Shown here: positions 18,335-28,433 of the stretch, one piece after another
Position numbering within the stretch: the first letter of the stretch is position 1
Layout of the letters: each line of letters opens with the position of its first letter
Assembly: GCA_963837955.1 (NCBI GenBank)
Contig: CAWIPH010000001.1
Location: 64,001 to 128,000, forward strand
Length of the DNA stretch: 64,000 nt
Direction of reading: 5' to 3'
Source: an uncultured Verrucomicrobiae bacterium
Lineage (GTDB): Bacteria; Verrucomicrobiota; Verrucomicrobiia; Chthoniobacterales; JAFAMB01
The notes under the pieces: generated by a model
What the model saw: the letters and a program-made list of their open reading frames with translations, nothing else
Databases searched by the model: none
What the model was told of the DNA's origin: nothing
Program-made: the position numbers and the translations under genes

Positions 18335-21016
18335 CTATTCGCTTCGAATCGGATCAATAACCCTCGCCCGGACCAGGGAACCGGGGTACGCGATGACCAG
18401 TTCAACCAAAGCACCTCTGGCCCATTCCGGGTTGGCTCCCCCGCGATCGAAAAGAAAGTTGCCGATTGAATAAAAGACTGGGCGCCCGTGGACAATCTCA
18501 CGGTCGAGAACGTGATGTGGCCCCGAGCCGATCACGACATCGGCGCCCGCATCAATCCACAGGGAAGCTTTGGTCCGGCAAAGCGATTGATCGTTATCAG
18601 CATCCCAATGGCAAAGAACAATGCAAAATTCTCCCGCCCTTTTGGCTTGGGCGATGGCATCTGGAAGGTCGCTCGTGTCCCAAGGGCAGATGCCGGGACT
18701 GGTCGCGCTCGCGATGGGTGAACAAAAGCTTGGGTCCGCACAACCGAAAACTGCGAGTCGAATTCCGTTCCGATTGAATCGAGCCGGTGTCAAAGCGGAA
18801 CCGAGATTTGAGCCACCACCGATCGGCTTAACCCCTGCCTGATTGAGCGCAAAAATCGTCTGCTCAAAACCGGCCAAGCCGAAATCCCCGGTGTGATTGT
18901 TGGCGACGAGCATCCCGCTGAGGCCTGCCTTCACTAACAAATTCGGTGCTTCCACCGAAGCCCGAAACCGGTACGGCTTGGATACGGGTGGGAGACTTGA
19001 TGCGCACAGACTACACTCCAAGTTCGCCATCGCTAGGTCAGCCTGCCGAATCGTCGACTCCCAGGGTTGGAACAGGTCGACCCCATCCAGAATCTTCTGT
19101 TGGTTGGTCCGCCCAAGCATGACGTCTCCGCCCACCAAGGCCCGGATGGTGCCTTGAGCCTTAGGCACCGTTAGCACCGAGAACTGACGGCGGTTTTTTA
19201 CCAGATCTGCCAACGGCAGAATTTCGGGCCGTCCCTCGAGTTGGTGTACGACCAGGTCGCTCAGTCCCAAAGAGCCGGGTGTCTTCGAACTCCAGAGTGC
19301 AGCGACGTGATTGTCGAAAACGAAGATCACGCCATTGTGTTCGTCATCAGGCTGAAGATGAACTAACCCCTGAGAGTCGGCATGTGGTTCGTCGAGGTCG
19401 ACTCTCGCTAACAAACTCAGTCTAGGGATCAGGCGCCTGGCGTCTGACCACGGGATCTGCCAACCGGCTTGGCGCAGCCCATGGATAATGAAATTTGCGC
19501 AATCGCCGCCGAGCCCGACCTCCGGGCCGGTTGCCCCGGGGGCGGTGAGTTTGTTTCCGAAAAATATATAAGGGAGATTAAATTCTGCAGACAGGGTTTG
19601 CTGAAACCGGGAAACGACATCAGCAACACAGGTGATGCGCAATCGTTTTGAATCGAAGGTGCCCAAAGGAGTTTCAACCTGGACGAACAACTCAGCGACT
19701 CCGTAACCGGTTCTCTGGTCGAAAGCGCGGAGTAGATCTTGACCCTGCAAAATCGGCTCATTGGACAGGGGCACCTCGTCTCGATAAATCCAGTGAGGAG
19801 CTCCGTTCGCGAATCCCAACTCTTGATCGCTCGAGCTATAACTATCAAAGGTCGACCGAAGGCAGCTCCAGCGCACACTCTTGGCGTCCGGCGGGAGTAC
19901 CGCTTCCAGTCTCATACCACCGAGCTCCGAGCGTAAAACCGTCAGGGCATTATCGACTGCGCGATTATGAACACGGATTTCTGGTAAATCCCCTTTGAGA
20001 GAGGCCATAAACTCGCCCCATCGATCCGCTTGCTCCGTGATACTGATTCGATCAGAAAGGGAACGAAGCCGATTCTTGGTGCTTGCAGATAATTGATCCA
20101 AGACAAGTCCTGGAATCGGCAAGTTCGAGGCCTTTAACTGGATGGCTCGAGCTGATCTGTCCGGTCCAGTTGTTGCGAACGGTTCAAATTCAATATCGGC
20201 GTTAGCGACTCGACAGGAGTACTCAACCGCCAGTGCTAAAAGCCGATCGGCTTGTCGAGCGTCATGGAGGTAAGGCGTCGAGACAGAAAAAGTAACAGCA
20301 GCTAGGTGTTTGATGGAGAGCGCGAAAAGGAAGATCTCCCGGAATCGCGCCTCAAGATCGTCGTCTAGAGTATTGGCGAAATAATCGAGATCGATTGACA
20401 CAACAATCGGTTGGTCGCGCCGATCCAGTCCAGAGAGCTGGTTTTTCACACGAGCCAGGTCGGCAACGCTGTAACAATGAGAAACGTTCGGCTCAGAGCG
20501 TGGACAGACTTCCTCATGACCATCCAAGAAAACGCGAGACTCGTTTTGCAGTTGAAAGATTTGGGCCGGATTCAAATCCTTCGGCGGAATCCAAACCACC
20601 CGAGCGAAAGGAAGCGGCATGAGCGGTTCGATCCAGTTATAGCATTGGATTTTGCCCGATTCGCGCCAAGCGCGGATCAGATCGCTTTCCGAGTGCGGAT
20701 CGATCGTCGAACGCAGCGCCAACCTGATGGAGTCGGAATTGAAGATCGGTGAAGCATCCGAGTGAGCGTCGAACAAAAATAGCGTGTACGGCCGATCGAG
20801 ATCGAGCTGTTTGGCTAAGAAATAGAATGAACCTGCGTGCGAATCCTCAATATAAATCGGTAGCCTAGAATCATTCGCGAGGCCGTGATCGAGCCAGACG
20901 CTAATGAGAACAATGACTAACCAACGATAAAGCGAACCGTGATCTCGCTTTGTGCTGCCATGCAGGGGTTTCACAGATTGAAAGATGAGGATTCCAGTGG
21001 GGGCTATTGAATGCAC
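18335..21016 (-). CDS. Exported multidomain protein: UPF0489/arginase-fold-like + papain-like (DCANF) + CapA/PGA_cap metallophosphoesterase
   Basis: N-terminal hydrophobic segment. Domain 1: PIYIEDSH, LFDAHSD, NWIEP, SIDLDYF. Domain 2: GGDCANF...HVAAL. Domain 3: GDVMLGR, NLE, ANNH, HW, GPH, YSIGNFLFD. Start codon uncertain. Confidence 0.8.
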   Translation of the reverse strand: MHSIAPTGILIFQSVKPLHGSTKRDHGSLYRWLVIVLISVWLDHGLANDSRLPIYIEDSHAGSFYFLAKQLDLDRPYTLFLFDAHSDASPIFNSDSIRLALRSTIDPHSESDLIRAWRESGKIQCYNWIEPLMPLPFARVVWIPPKDLNPAQIFQLQNESRVFLDGHEEVCPRSEPNVSHCYSVADLARVKNQLSGLDRRDQPIVVSIDLDYFANTLDDDLEARFREIFLFALSIKHLAAVTFSVSTPYLHDARQADRLLALAVEYSCRVANADIEFEPFATTGPDRSARAIQLKASNLPIPGLVLDQLSASTKNRLRSLSDRISITEQADRWGEFMASLKGDLPEIRVHNRAVDNALTVLRSELGGMRLEAVLPPDAKSVRWSCLRSTFDSYSSSDQELGFANGAPHWIYRDEVPLSNEPILQGQDLLRAFDQRTGYGVAELFVQVETPLGTFDSKRLRITCVADVVSRFQQTLSAEFNLPYIFFGNKLTAPGATGPEVGLGGDCANFIIHGLRQAGWQIPWSDARRLIPRLSLLARVDLDEPHADSQGLVHLQPDDEHNGVIFVFDNHVAALWSSKTPGSLGLSDLVVHQLEGRPEILPLADLVKNRRQFSVLTVPKAQGTIRALVGGDVMLGRTNQQKILDGVDLFQPWESTIRQADLAMANLECSLCASSLPPVSKPYRFRASVEAPNLLVKAGLSGMLVANNHTGDFGLAGFEQTIFALNQAGVKPIGGGSNLGSALTPARFNRNGIRLAVFGCADPSFCSPIASATSPGICPWDTSDLPDAIAQAKRAGEFCIVLCHWDADNDQSLCRTKASLWIDAGADVVIGSGPHHVLDREIVHGRPVFYSIGNFLFDRGGANPEWARGALVELVIAYPGSLVRARVIDPIRSE

Positions 21017-21055
21017 CTGGATTCCAGATTCCGTGTTCTGACTCCCGGCTGTTAG

Positions 21056-22390
21056 TCACCTCACCTGTTGAATTCTTGGTGCCTTGATTAGATTCCGAAA
21101 CAGGCGGATCCGACTGACACAGGTATCCTGATACTTGGCTCCAGGATAGACATCTCGAATGGTTAGGCGAATGGTTCGAATTGTTTGGGTCGAATCAGGA
21201 AGTTTAATGTCGAATGGGCTCATCTGATCGGGTAACTGAACAGACATGGACTCGCCTCCATTCACACTGAGATCGAGCTTTTTGATCCGATTATTAGCTC
21301 GAAACAACGAATCCGAAGCTACCAGTCCATTCGAAATTTGGAGGGTATCAAGTTTGACCGGAACCGAAGCCGCAATTTCTAACCATTGGCCTTCTCCGTT
21401 TCCGGGCACCCCCTCCGACCAACAGCTATCGGCCGCAATTTCACCGCTAGACTTGTTTACGTTGTCTGGTTTGTAGTCACCACCCGCCAGCGTAGAAGAA
21501 GCCGTGACCTTGAAATCGGTTAGTTCGAACTTCCAATGCCCATCCGTAGATATGTATTGCCCACCTTCGACCTTGTCCTCTTCCTTCCCATATGCTGACG
21601 AGTAGGTCTTGATTTCGGGAGAGGTCTCGATGGCAATATCGTCAGCAAAAGTGGGCTTGAAGTCGGTGAAATCCCACGTCCAGGTATCGTTGGTCGGATG
21701 TTGAAATCGTCCAATTTTTCCGCCCCGGATCTTCACGTCTTCCGGATTCACGGAGATCGCGCGGATCAGCACATGGCCCTTAGCGATAGGGCCCTTCCAA
21801 ATTGCCGCCGTCGAAAAGAGATAAGTTAAAGTGTTGGGCGAAATATTCTCGGTATCCGATACGGTCTCTGTGTACTGACCGTACGGCGCGCGATAACTGA
21901 CGGTTAGTAGACGGTGCTGTTTCGCCGTAAAATCGAGTTGGAACGTATACCACCTTGGAATCTTTATATCGAGCTCCTGCTGGATTCCCTCGACTTTCGG
22001 CGCGTCGCCCGATTTCACGGTATGCCGCAAAGGTTTGCCGTCCGTTGCGATGGTAAAATCTGTGAAAGAGTCCGTTTTCGCTGAGCCTTCCTCCATATCC
22101 ATCTCGCTTCTTAACGCGACACACGGAAACGCTGCCAATACGGTAGTCTGATCTCCCGGATTGAAAAAATCATAGCGTACCCGGACGACCGCGGTTGTGG
22201 CGTAGAGATCTATCTCAAGATCCTCCGTTTGCATTTCGATTTTTTGCAGATTCGCAGGTACAAATTTGTTCTGATCGATCTCGCCCGAACTCGGATTGCC
22301 CTGGATATTGATCCCCGTGCTGTAGCCTCCGCCGTTTGCCAGACAGAGTGTTGACCACGCAACGGAGATTAGGATCGGGACAGCTTTCAT
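21056..22390 (-). CDS. Secreted DUF4424-like protein with a C-terminal discoidin/NADase-type glycan-binding domain
   Basis: Signal peptide; IEMQTEDLEI..YDFFN..AAFP and YLFSTAAIWKGPI; WSEGVPGNGEGQW...NNRIK...TIRDVYPGAKYQDTCVS. Confidence 0.75.
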   Translation of the reverse strand: MKAVPILISVAWSTLCLANGGGYSTGINIQGNPSSGEIDQNKFVPANLQKIEMQTEDLEIDLYATTAVVRVRYDFFNPGDQTTVLAAFPCVALRSEMDMEEGSAKTDSFTDFTIATDGKPLRHTVKSGDAPKVEGIQQELDIKIPRWYTFQLDFTAKQHRLLTVSYRAPYGQYTETVSDTENISPNTLTYLFSTAAIWKGPIAKGHVLIRAISVNPEDVKIRGGKIGRFQHPTNDTWTWDFTDFKPTFADDIAIETSPEIKTYSSAYGKEEDKVEGGQYISTDGHWKFELTDFKVTASSTLAGGDYKPDNVNKSSGEIAADSCWSEGVPGNGEGQWLEIAASVPVKLDTLQISNGLVASDSLFRANNRIKKLDLSVNGGESMSVQLPDQMSPFDIKLPDSTQTIRTIRLTIRDVYPGAKYQDTCVSRIRLFRNLIKAPRIQQVR

Positions 22391-22510
22391 CAGGGTTTCT
22401 GCTTAGCAGATCGGCCAGTCTCAAACAATCCAAAGAAAGCTCCGCTTCGATGCATCGCTATTAGGCCGGGGTTCGCACCTCTAGCACGAAGAATGATATA
22501 TCGTATAAGA

Positions 22511-24262
22511 ATGCGCACCTTGGTCCTGCTAGCGGGCATTCTGCTTCCGTTTCAATGCGCTCCGGCCAGCGAGATCGAATGGCAACCGTGGTCCGATTCG
22601 GTGTTCGCCAAGGCAAAACAGGAAGGCCGATTCGTATTGCTCGACCTCGGTACGGGTTGGTGCCACTGGTGCCACGTGATGGATGAAGTGACTTACCGGG
22701 ATCCTGCGGTAATCGAGCTCATCCGGAAACGCTACGTCGCTGTTCGCGTCGATGCCGATTCGCGTCCGGATTTATCAAATCGGTATGAGGACTATGGGTG
22801 GCCAGCTACTATCGTATTTGGCGGAGAGGGTGGAGAAATTGTGAAACGTCAGGGCTATATCCCACCCAAACCGATGGCATCGATGCTCCAGGCTATCATC
22901 GATGATCCCACGCCGGGACCGTCCATTTTACCGGAGCAGAAAATGGCTTCCTCGGCAGACGCCTTCTTGACGGACAATGCCCGCAAAAATCTGCGCCAGG
23001 TCTTGATCGACGCCTATGACCCAAAAAATAAAGGATGGGGAACGATCCAAAAGTTCCTGAACTGGGATGTCATCGAATACTGCATGGTCCAGGCCAAACA
23101 GGGAGACACAGAATTCGGGCAAATGGCGCGGGAAACGTTTGCCGCTCAGCTCAACCTGGTTGACCCAGTCTGGGGTGGAGTGTGCCAGTACTCCACCGAC
23201 GGAGACTGGAAACATCCGCATTTCGAAAAGATCATGCAGATGCAGGCCGAAAACCTACGCACTTATGCCGCAGCGTATGCGCTTTGGCGCGATCCGATAT
23301 ATCTGCAAACGGCTAAGAAAATTCGAAGCTATCTCAAGAATTTTCTCACTTCGCCGGACGGCGCGTTTTATGCCAGCCAAGATGCCGATCTAATTCCAGG
23401 TCAGCATTCGGCCGAATATTTTAAACTAAGCGATAGCGACCGCAGAAAACGTGGGATCCCAAAATTGGATCAACACATTTATTCGCGGGAAAACGGATGG
23501 GCTATCAACGCGTTGGCAACCCTCTACGCAGTAACCGGCGATGAGACTTACCTGGCCGATGCAATCCGGGCTGCTACTTGGATCGTCGCTCATCGCGCCT
23601 TCACAGATGGCGGCTTCCGTCACGATGAGGCGGGTCCCGGCGGTCCCTACCTCGGTGACACTTTATACATGGGGCGCGCGTTTCTAGCACTGTACGCCGC
23701 CACGGCCGATCGGGCGTGGCTTCAGCGAGCCGAACAAGCCGCTCAATTTATCTCCGCAAATTTCAACAACGAGATTGGGTTCGTCACGTCAGGGAATATT
23801 GGCGCGTTAAAATCGAATCCGCAGGTGGATGAGAACGCAGATTTGGTTCGTCTAGGGAACCTGCTCCATCATTATACCGGAAAAATGGCGTATCAGGAGA
23901 TGGCTCAACATGCCATGCAATATCTATCGGCACCCGCCGCTGCAGACGGCCGTGGTTTCCTGGTTGGAGGCATTCTGCTGGCGGATCTCGAGATTACTGC
24001 ACCTCCGCGGCACATCACGGTAGTCGGCCGAAAGGATGATGCCGCCGCCCGGGCGCTTTTCCTGACAGCTCTCCAAGATCCTTCGACCTACAAACGAATC
24101 GAGTGGTGGGACGAACGCGAAGGTGCCCTACCCAACAGCGACGTTGAATATCCGGCGCTGGAACAGGCCGCCGCATTTGTTTGCGGTGATAGAAGTTGCT
24201 CCGCCCCGATCTTTTCACCGGAAAAGCTATCCGGCTTGAGTCAAAAGAATATCCAACGCTGA
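22511..24262 (+). CDS. DUF255/YyaL-like thioredoxin-domain protein with a six-hairpin glycosidase-like region, exported
   Basis: WCHWCHVM, GWPAT, YSTDGDWKHPHFEK and GAFYASQDAD motifs; signal peptide. Confidence 0.9.
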   Translation: MRTLVLLAGILLPFQCAPASEIEWQPWSDSVFAKAKQEGRFVLLDLGTGWCHWCHVMDEVTYRDPAVIELIRKRYVAVRVDADSRPDLSNRYEDYGWPATIVFGGEGGEIVKRQGYIPPKPMASMLQAIIDDPTPGPSILPEQKMASSADAFLTDNARKNLRQVLIDAYDPKNKGWGTIQKFLNWDVIEYCMVQAKQGDTEFGQMARETFAAQLNLVDPVWGGVCQYSTDGDWKHPHFEKIMQMQAENLRTYAAAYALWRDPIYLQTAKKIRSYLKNFLTSPDGAFYASQDADLIPGQHSAEYFKLSDSDRRKRGIPKLDQHIYSRENGWAINALATLYAVTGDETYLADAIRAATWIVAHRAFTDGGFRHDEAGPGGPYLGDTLYMGRAFLALYAATADRAWLQRAEQAAQFISANFNNEIGFVTSGNIGALKSNPQVDENADLVRLGNLLHHYTGKMAYQEMAQHAMQYLSAPAAADGRGFLVGGILLADLEITAPPRHITVVGRKDDAAARALFLTALQDPSTYKRIEWWDEREGALPNSDVEYPALEQAAAFVCGDRSCSAPIFSPEKLSGLSQKNIQR

Positions 24263-24405
24263 CCGAGGACGATAGTGCAGGCACTTGGAGAAGACTTTGG
24301 GCACACGCCGAGAGGATCCACAAGGCACCCAATGAAAGCAGTCCAGTCTTCCGCGGCCGCCCATGCGCGTCGACATAAGGCCGACGTTTGGTTCGCTGCC
24401 CCGGA

Positions 24406-24516
24406 GGGGAGGGATCGCGTCCTCGCGATCCGCGGCGCACGAGGATCCGACGTCGCGCTCAAGCATTCTACATCAGGCATCCGAAAGGCTATGTCGGACA
24501 GGCTGTGCGCCCTCCC
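24406..24516. repeat. REP/MITE-like element, family C (GGGGAGGGATCGCGTCCTCGCGATCC...)
   Basis: About 98 bp near-identical to 59640-59737. Confidence 0.85.
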
Positions 24517-24592
24517 CGCCCGGGGTTTTAACCCCGAGCAACCGGCGTTTTCGCTTGTTGGGACCTCCAGAGTGGGAGCATAATCGTGAGCT

Positions 24593-24976
24593 GTGTCCCG
24601 GGTAGTGCATTTCGAGCTTCACGCTGAGGACCCGGATCGAGCGATTCGATTCTACAAGACGCTCTTTGACTGGGAGTTTACCCGGTGGTCCGGACCGCAA
24701 GAATATTGGTTGATCAAAACCGGGCCTGATAGTCAACCGGGAATCAATGGCGGATTGATTCGACGGCGCGGTGTCATCGATGGCACCGCGGTGATCGGAT
24801 ATGTCTGTACCATTAACGTGGAATCGGTCGACGCGCTGGCCGCCGCTATCCCAAAAGAGGGTGGGACGATCGTGGTTCCGAAAATGGCTATACCTGGAAT
24901 CGGTTGGCTCGCGTATGCAAAGGACACGGAGGGGAACATCTTCGGGGTGATGCACTCGGACGCTGCAGCAAAATAG
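24593..24976 (+). CDS. VOC/glyoxalase-family protein
   Basis: VVHFELHAEDPDRAIRFY, GINGG and DTEGNIFG motifs. Confidence 0.92.
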   Translation: MSRVVHFELHAEDPDRAIRFYKTLFDWEFTRWSGPQEYWLIKTGPDSQPGINGGLIRRRGVIDGTAVIGYVCTINVESVDALAAAIPKEGGTIVVPKMAIPGIGWLAYAKDTEGNIFGVMHSDAAAK

Positions 24977-25098
24977 GTTGCCGGGTTGTCCGAACCCATA
25001 ACCAAAATTCTCTGTTCGCCGTCCTGACCCCGTTCGGCGACAGAGAACGGTGTATTGAGCTTGATTGGCACGAGCCGCTCTGGCAAATCGTATGACCG

Positions 25099-26061
25099 AT
25101 GCGGCTTTTTATAGCAATTAGCCTCGCAGTTTGGGTTTGGCTGGGATCGCTCGACCAAGTCGCGGATGCTCAGCAGAGCTTTGCTGTCACTCAGGCAATT
25201 TTGAGCTACAGCTTGCATCTGTTTGTACCGGTGTCGATTAATGGGACCAAACGCACGTGGTGGGTTGTCGACACTGGAGCACCGGGATCTCTTATCTCGC
25301 CCTTTTTGCAGCGAAGGTTGTCTCTCCCGGCGCCCCCGTCCGGATCTAACGCAAAGGCTACCGTGAAGATCCACGGGAAAGACTGCCCGGTTGTTCTTGC
25401 CCAAAGCGTCGATTTCAATGGTGCGGAACTTGGACCCGGTTATCTGCTCGTCGAGCAAATCGACAAAATCGCAGATGAAAGGAGCAGCGTCTTTCCCGGA
25501 GGGTTCGAGAAGGGCGGACTTCTCGGAATGAATTTTCTCCTGAAACATGGAGCGCTCATTAATTACAAGACGTACCAAATATTTTTTACCCGACAGGGCT
25601 CAAGCCTCCCGCTGTCTCACGAGGGGTACGAAAAAATGGGGTACACCTACATTCCGTTACGCATCACGCCAAGGGGGTATGTCGAAGTCGACGGAACGAT
25701 TGGCGGCTCGACCTACGGATTTCTCTTAGATACGGGCGCTTTCGTAAGCCAACTTGAACCCAAGATCCGGGAACGCAATCACCTCACATACAATTACACC
25801 GGCGCTATATTGTCGGCCCCTTACGCAGGGATCAAAAACGTCCGCTTGACGCAGGCGAAAGTTCCGGGCTTCAAAATTGGAAATCAAGATCTGAGCGATT
25901 TTCGAATCGGTTTTGCCGAATCTCATACTTTCGATCCCGGATTTTTGCACGAGTACGGCGGAGTCCTGGGACCTGACCTATTTCACTATCACGAAGCACT
26001 AATCGACCTAGGTAATCGCGCCCTATATCTCAAGCCCGACACCCGCAGTCATAAGCACTGA
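25099..26061 (+). CDS. Secreted retropepsin-like aspartyl protease with two tandem domains
   Basis: Two catalytic motifs, VVDTGA and LLDTGA, each followed by GLLG/GVLG; signal peptide. Confidence 0.88.
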   Translation: MRLFIAISLAVWVWLGSLDQVADAQQSFAVTQAILSYSLHLFVPVSINGTKRTWWVVDTGAPGSLISPFLQRRLSLPAPPSGSNAKATVKIHGKDCPVVLAQSVDFNGAELGPGYLLVEQIDKIADERSSVFPGGFEKGGLLGMNFLLKHGALINYKTYQIFFTRQGSSLPLSHEGYEKMGYTYIPLRITPRGYVEVDGTIGGSTYGFLLDTGAFVSQLEPKIRERNHLTYNYTGAILSAPYAGIKNVRLTQAKVPGFKIGNQDLSDFRIGFAESHTFDPGFLHEYGGVLGPDLFHYHEALIDLGNRALYLKPDTRSHKH

Positions 26062-26198
26062 GATCTTCTCCGGGCCAGAAAGACTGCCAATCTAAGTAAC
26101 GGAGTCGAAAAAAGGTTCAATTACGACGATTTTTTACTCCCGACGTTATTTACAAGAGCCGCAGGTTGCGCCAATTTCGGGCACCCCCGTCCGCAGCA

Positions 26199-26960
26199 AT
26201 GGTTGATAAAGGCGCTCAGCTCCCGGAACTATTCGATCAACACGGCAAAGCCGGTCTCCTTTATTCGGTTCGGACGAGCCGAAGAGCCAAGCGGGTGATT
26301 CTGCAGGTGACAGAATTTGGCCTGCTCCAGGTCGTCTTGCCTCGCGGGATGCGCCGCAGTTTGATCCCAGATGTTCTTAGAGAGCATCGCAAATGGATTG
26401 ACTTCGCGACGAGCCGAGCCAGGGCGCGCTTTCTAAGCCAACCCCTGGTGGAACGATTCAGTCCACCAACTGAAATCCGGCTTACCGCACTTGGAGAGAT
26501 CTGGACAGTTACGATAAGAAACTATTCCCACGCCAAGCCGGTCATCGAACAGCCCCAACCTTTCACACTCCGACTGGCCGGTGATCTTCGCGATCCGCTC
26601 ACGTGGTCGGGTCTTTTACGCTCCTGGTTGGCGCTGCGGGGAAAGCAAGTTTTGGTGCCATGGCTTTCCCAAGTAAGCGAGCAAACCGGCTTACGCTTCC
26701 GTAACGCCACTGTTCGAGTCCAACGGACGCGTTGGGGGAGCTGCTCGGTAAATCGCCATATCAGTCTAAATGGCCGGCTGCTTATGGTAGAACCAAAGAT
26801 CGCGGAGTACGTAATGATTCACGAGCTGTGTCATACGCGAGAGATGAATCATTCCCCGCGATTTTGGAATCTGGTAGAGCGTCACGAACCAGATTATCGG
26901 CGGCTGGACCGCGCCCTAACGATCGCTGCCCGCCAGATGCCTTGGTGGGCGAACTCTTAA
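26199..26960 (+). CDS. YgjP/DUF45-like zinc metallopeptidase family protein
   Basis: QRTRWGSCS and EYVMIHELCH..EMNHSPRFW motifs. Confidence 0.92.
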   Translation: MVDKGAQLPELFDQHGKAGLLYSVRTSRRAKRVILQVTEFGLLQVVLPRGMRRSLIPDVLREHRKWIDFATSRARARFLSQPLVERFSPPTEIRLTALGEIWTVTIRNYSHAKPVIEQPQPFTLRLAGDLRDPLTWSGLLRSWLALRGKQVLVPWLSQVSEQTGLRFRNATVRVQRTRWGSCSVNRHISLNGRLLMVEPKIAEYVMIHELCHTREMNHSPRFWNLVERHEPDYRRLDRALTIAARQMPWWANS

Positions 26961-26981
26961 TAGCGAATAGCCGATGGCCAA

Positions 26982-27494
26982 TCACCGAACGCCCGGCTCG
27001 AGGGCGCCTCGCGGCCAGTTCGTAAACATCTTTTGTTCCGCCACGATATTCGGCGGAAAAATCACCGGGGGCTTCGATTCGATCAGTTCCGCTTTTCTCA
27101 AAACGAACTCCGGAAAGAATCTGCCGCTAGCCGCTTCATAAACATGATCGCCAGAAAAGTAACCGTACAAACGATACTCATAATTGTTGTCTGAACCGAT
27201 GGCGTTCCGCGCTCGATCCGGAGCAAGGGCTATTTTCTCGTTGAGCATCACGAGCTTCGCTCGATCCCAGCTTTCCCCAGGCGCTTTTACATATCCCCAG
27301 AAAAAGAAATATTGGCCAACTAGCCGGCGGCCAACAAAATAGTCACCCGGCTGTTCAGCCTTGGCGCGTTCTGCTGCTTCCGGACTGACCTGCAGACCGT
27401 TGCTGCTTGTCGGAGAAATTGTCTGACAACCGGCTGCCAGAAATGCAAAGAGGAGCGCTACAATTCTTGGATAGAACCTCGAGGTTTTGGTCAT
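26982..27494 (-). CDS. Hypothetical lipoprotein
   Basis: Lipobox LAAGC followed by a beta-rich globular domain. Confidence 0.7.
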   Translation of the reverse strand: MTKTSRFYPRIVALLFAFLAAGCQTISPTSSNGLQVSPEAAERAKAEQPGDYFVGRRLVGQYFFFWGYVKAPGESWDRAKLVMLNEKIALAPDRARNAIGSDNNYEYRLYGYFSGDHVYEAASGRFFPEFVLRKAELIESKPPVIFPPNIVAEQKMFTNWPRGALEPGVR

Positions 27495-27544
27495 TTAATG
27501 GGCTTAGAGGGCGTTCGTCCGGCCGGGAGCGAGTTCAGCGACCG

Positions 27545-28264
27545 CTATCGGGCAACCCAACGTCCCCCGGGAGAACTCAAGACGGGTAGTTCATCCATCA
27601 TGTACTGGGTCTTCCCGATTGCGGCGGTCATCGGCGTTCCGGTTGCCTGGTGCCAAAGAGCAGCCATGCTCTGGCCCTCCAGGCTTTGTCCTTGGTAGCA
27701 ACCCCACGACTGAACATGCGCACTTCGCGCAAAAAGGCCCTTTTTCAACTTTGATCTAAGCTCATTCTTATGAAGCCACGCTTTAGAGGCACTTCCGATT
27801 TCGTTGCTGTAATCAAACATCATGCAGTCGCTGTTGGAGTGCCCAAAATAGTCGAATGAAATGATCTTGTAGGTTCGGCGGTCTTCGCCGCCATTCAGAT
27901 AATCACAGAGTTGATCGGCCGTACTAAACATCACCAGCTTTACTCCATACTTTGTCTGAACAGAACGAATGATGCTGAAAACGTCCTCGTGCTCCTGCGC
28001 TTGTCTGGCTTGGTAAGCTGGAGCGTAAAGCAACCAGGTTATCTGAATCTGGGGATCCAGAGTCTGCGTCAGTTGCTCGATTCGAATTCGACTGGCCCGA
28101 ACAAAATTCAACCACCAATGATCATGCGGCTCCAGTTTCGTTTTCTCCCATTTCCAGAGAGAGACGCCCCCGGTCACGACAATCGCTTCGCTGCCAGGTG
28201 CTGCTGCTGCGACCCGGCTGAACCAGAACGCCGTCGCTAGGATTACCAACCAAAGCTTTTGCAC
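27545..28264 (-). CDS. Hypothetical secreted protein with a possible caspase-like His/Cys dyad
   Basis: Signal peptide; SFDYFGHS and VQSWGC motifs. Confidence 0.7.
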   Translation of the reverse strand: MQKLWLVILATAFWFSRVAAAAPGSEAIVVTGGVSLWKWEKTKLEPHDHWWLNFVRASRIRIEQLTQTLDPQIQITWLLYAPAYQARQAQEHEDVFSIIRSVQTKYGVKLVMFSTADQLCDYLNGGEDRRTYKIISFDYFGHSNSDCMMFDYSNEIGSASKAWLHKNELRSKLKKGLFARSAHVQSWGCYQGQSLEGQSMAALWHQATGTPMTAAIGKTQYMMDELPVLSSPGGRWVAR

Positions 28265-28433
28265 ACTATTGAGGTTCCCTTTCGCCGAAGACTAGAGGTT
28301 CAAAGAGGAAGTTAGAAGGTGAAAATTCGAGGCTTCACTGGTTGCTAGCTCGGGTTGGTTGCAGATGTCGGGGAACGCCCCTGGTCTCAACGACCGTTCG
28401 AGTCATAATGCTTTTCGCGCTAACATTTCGCAG

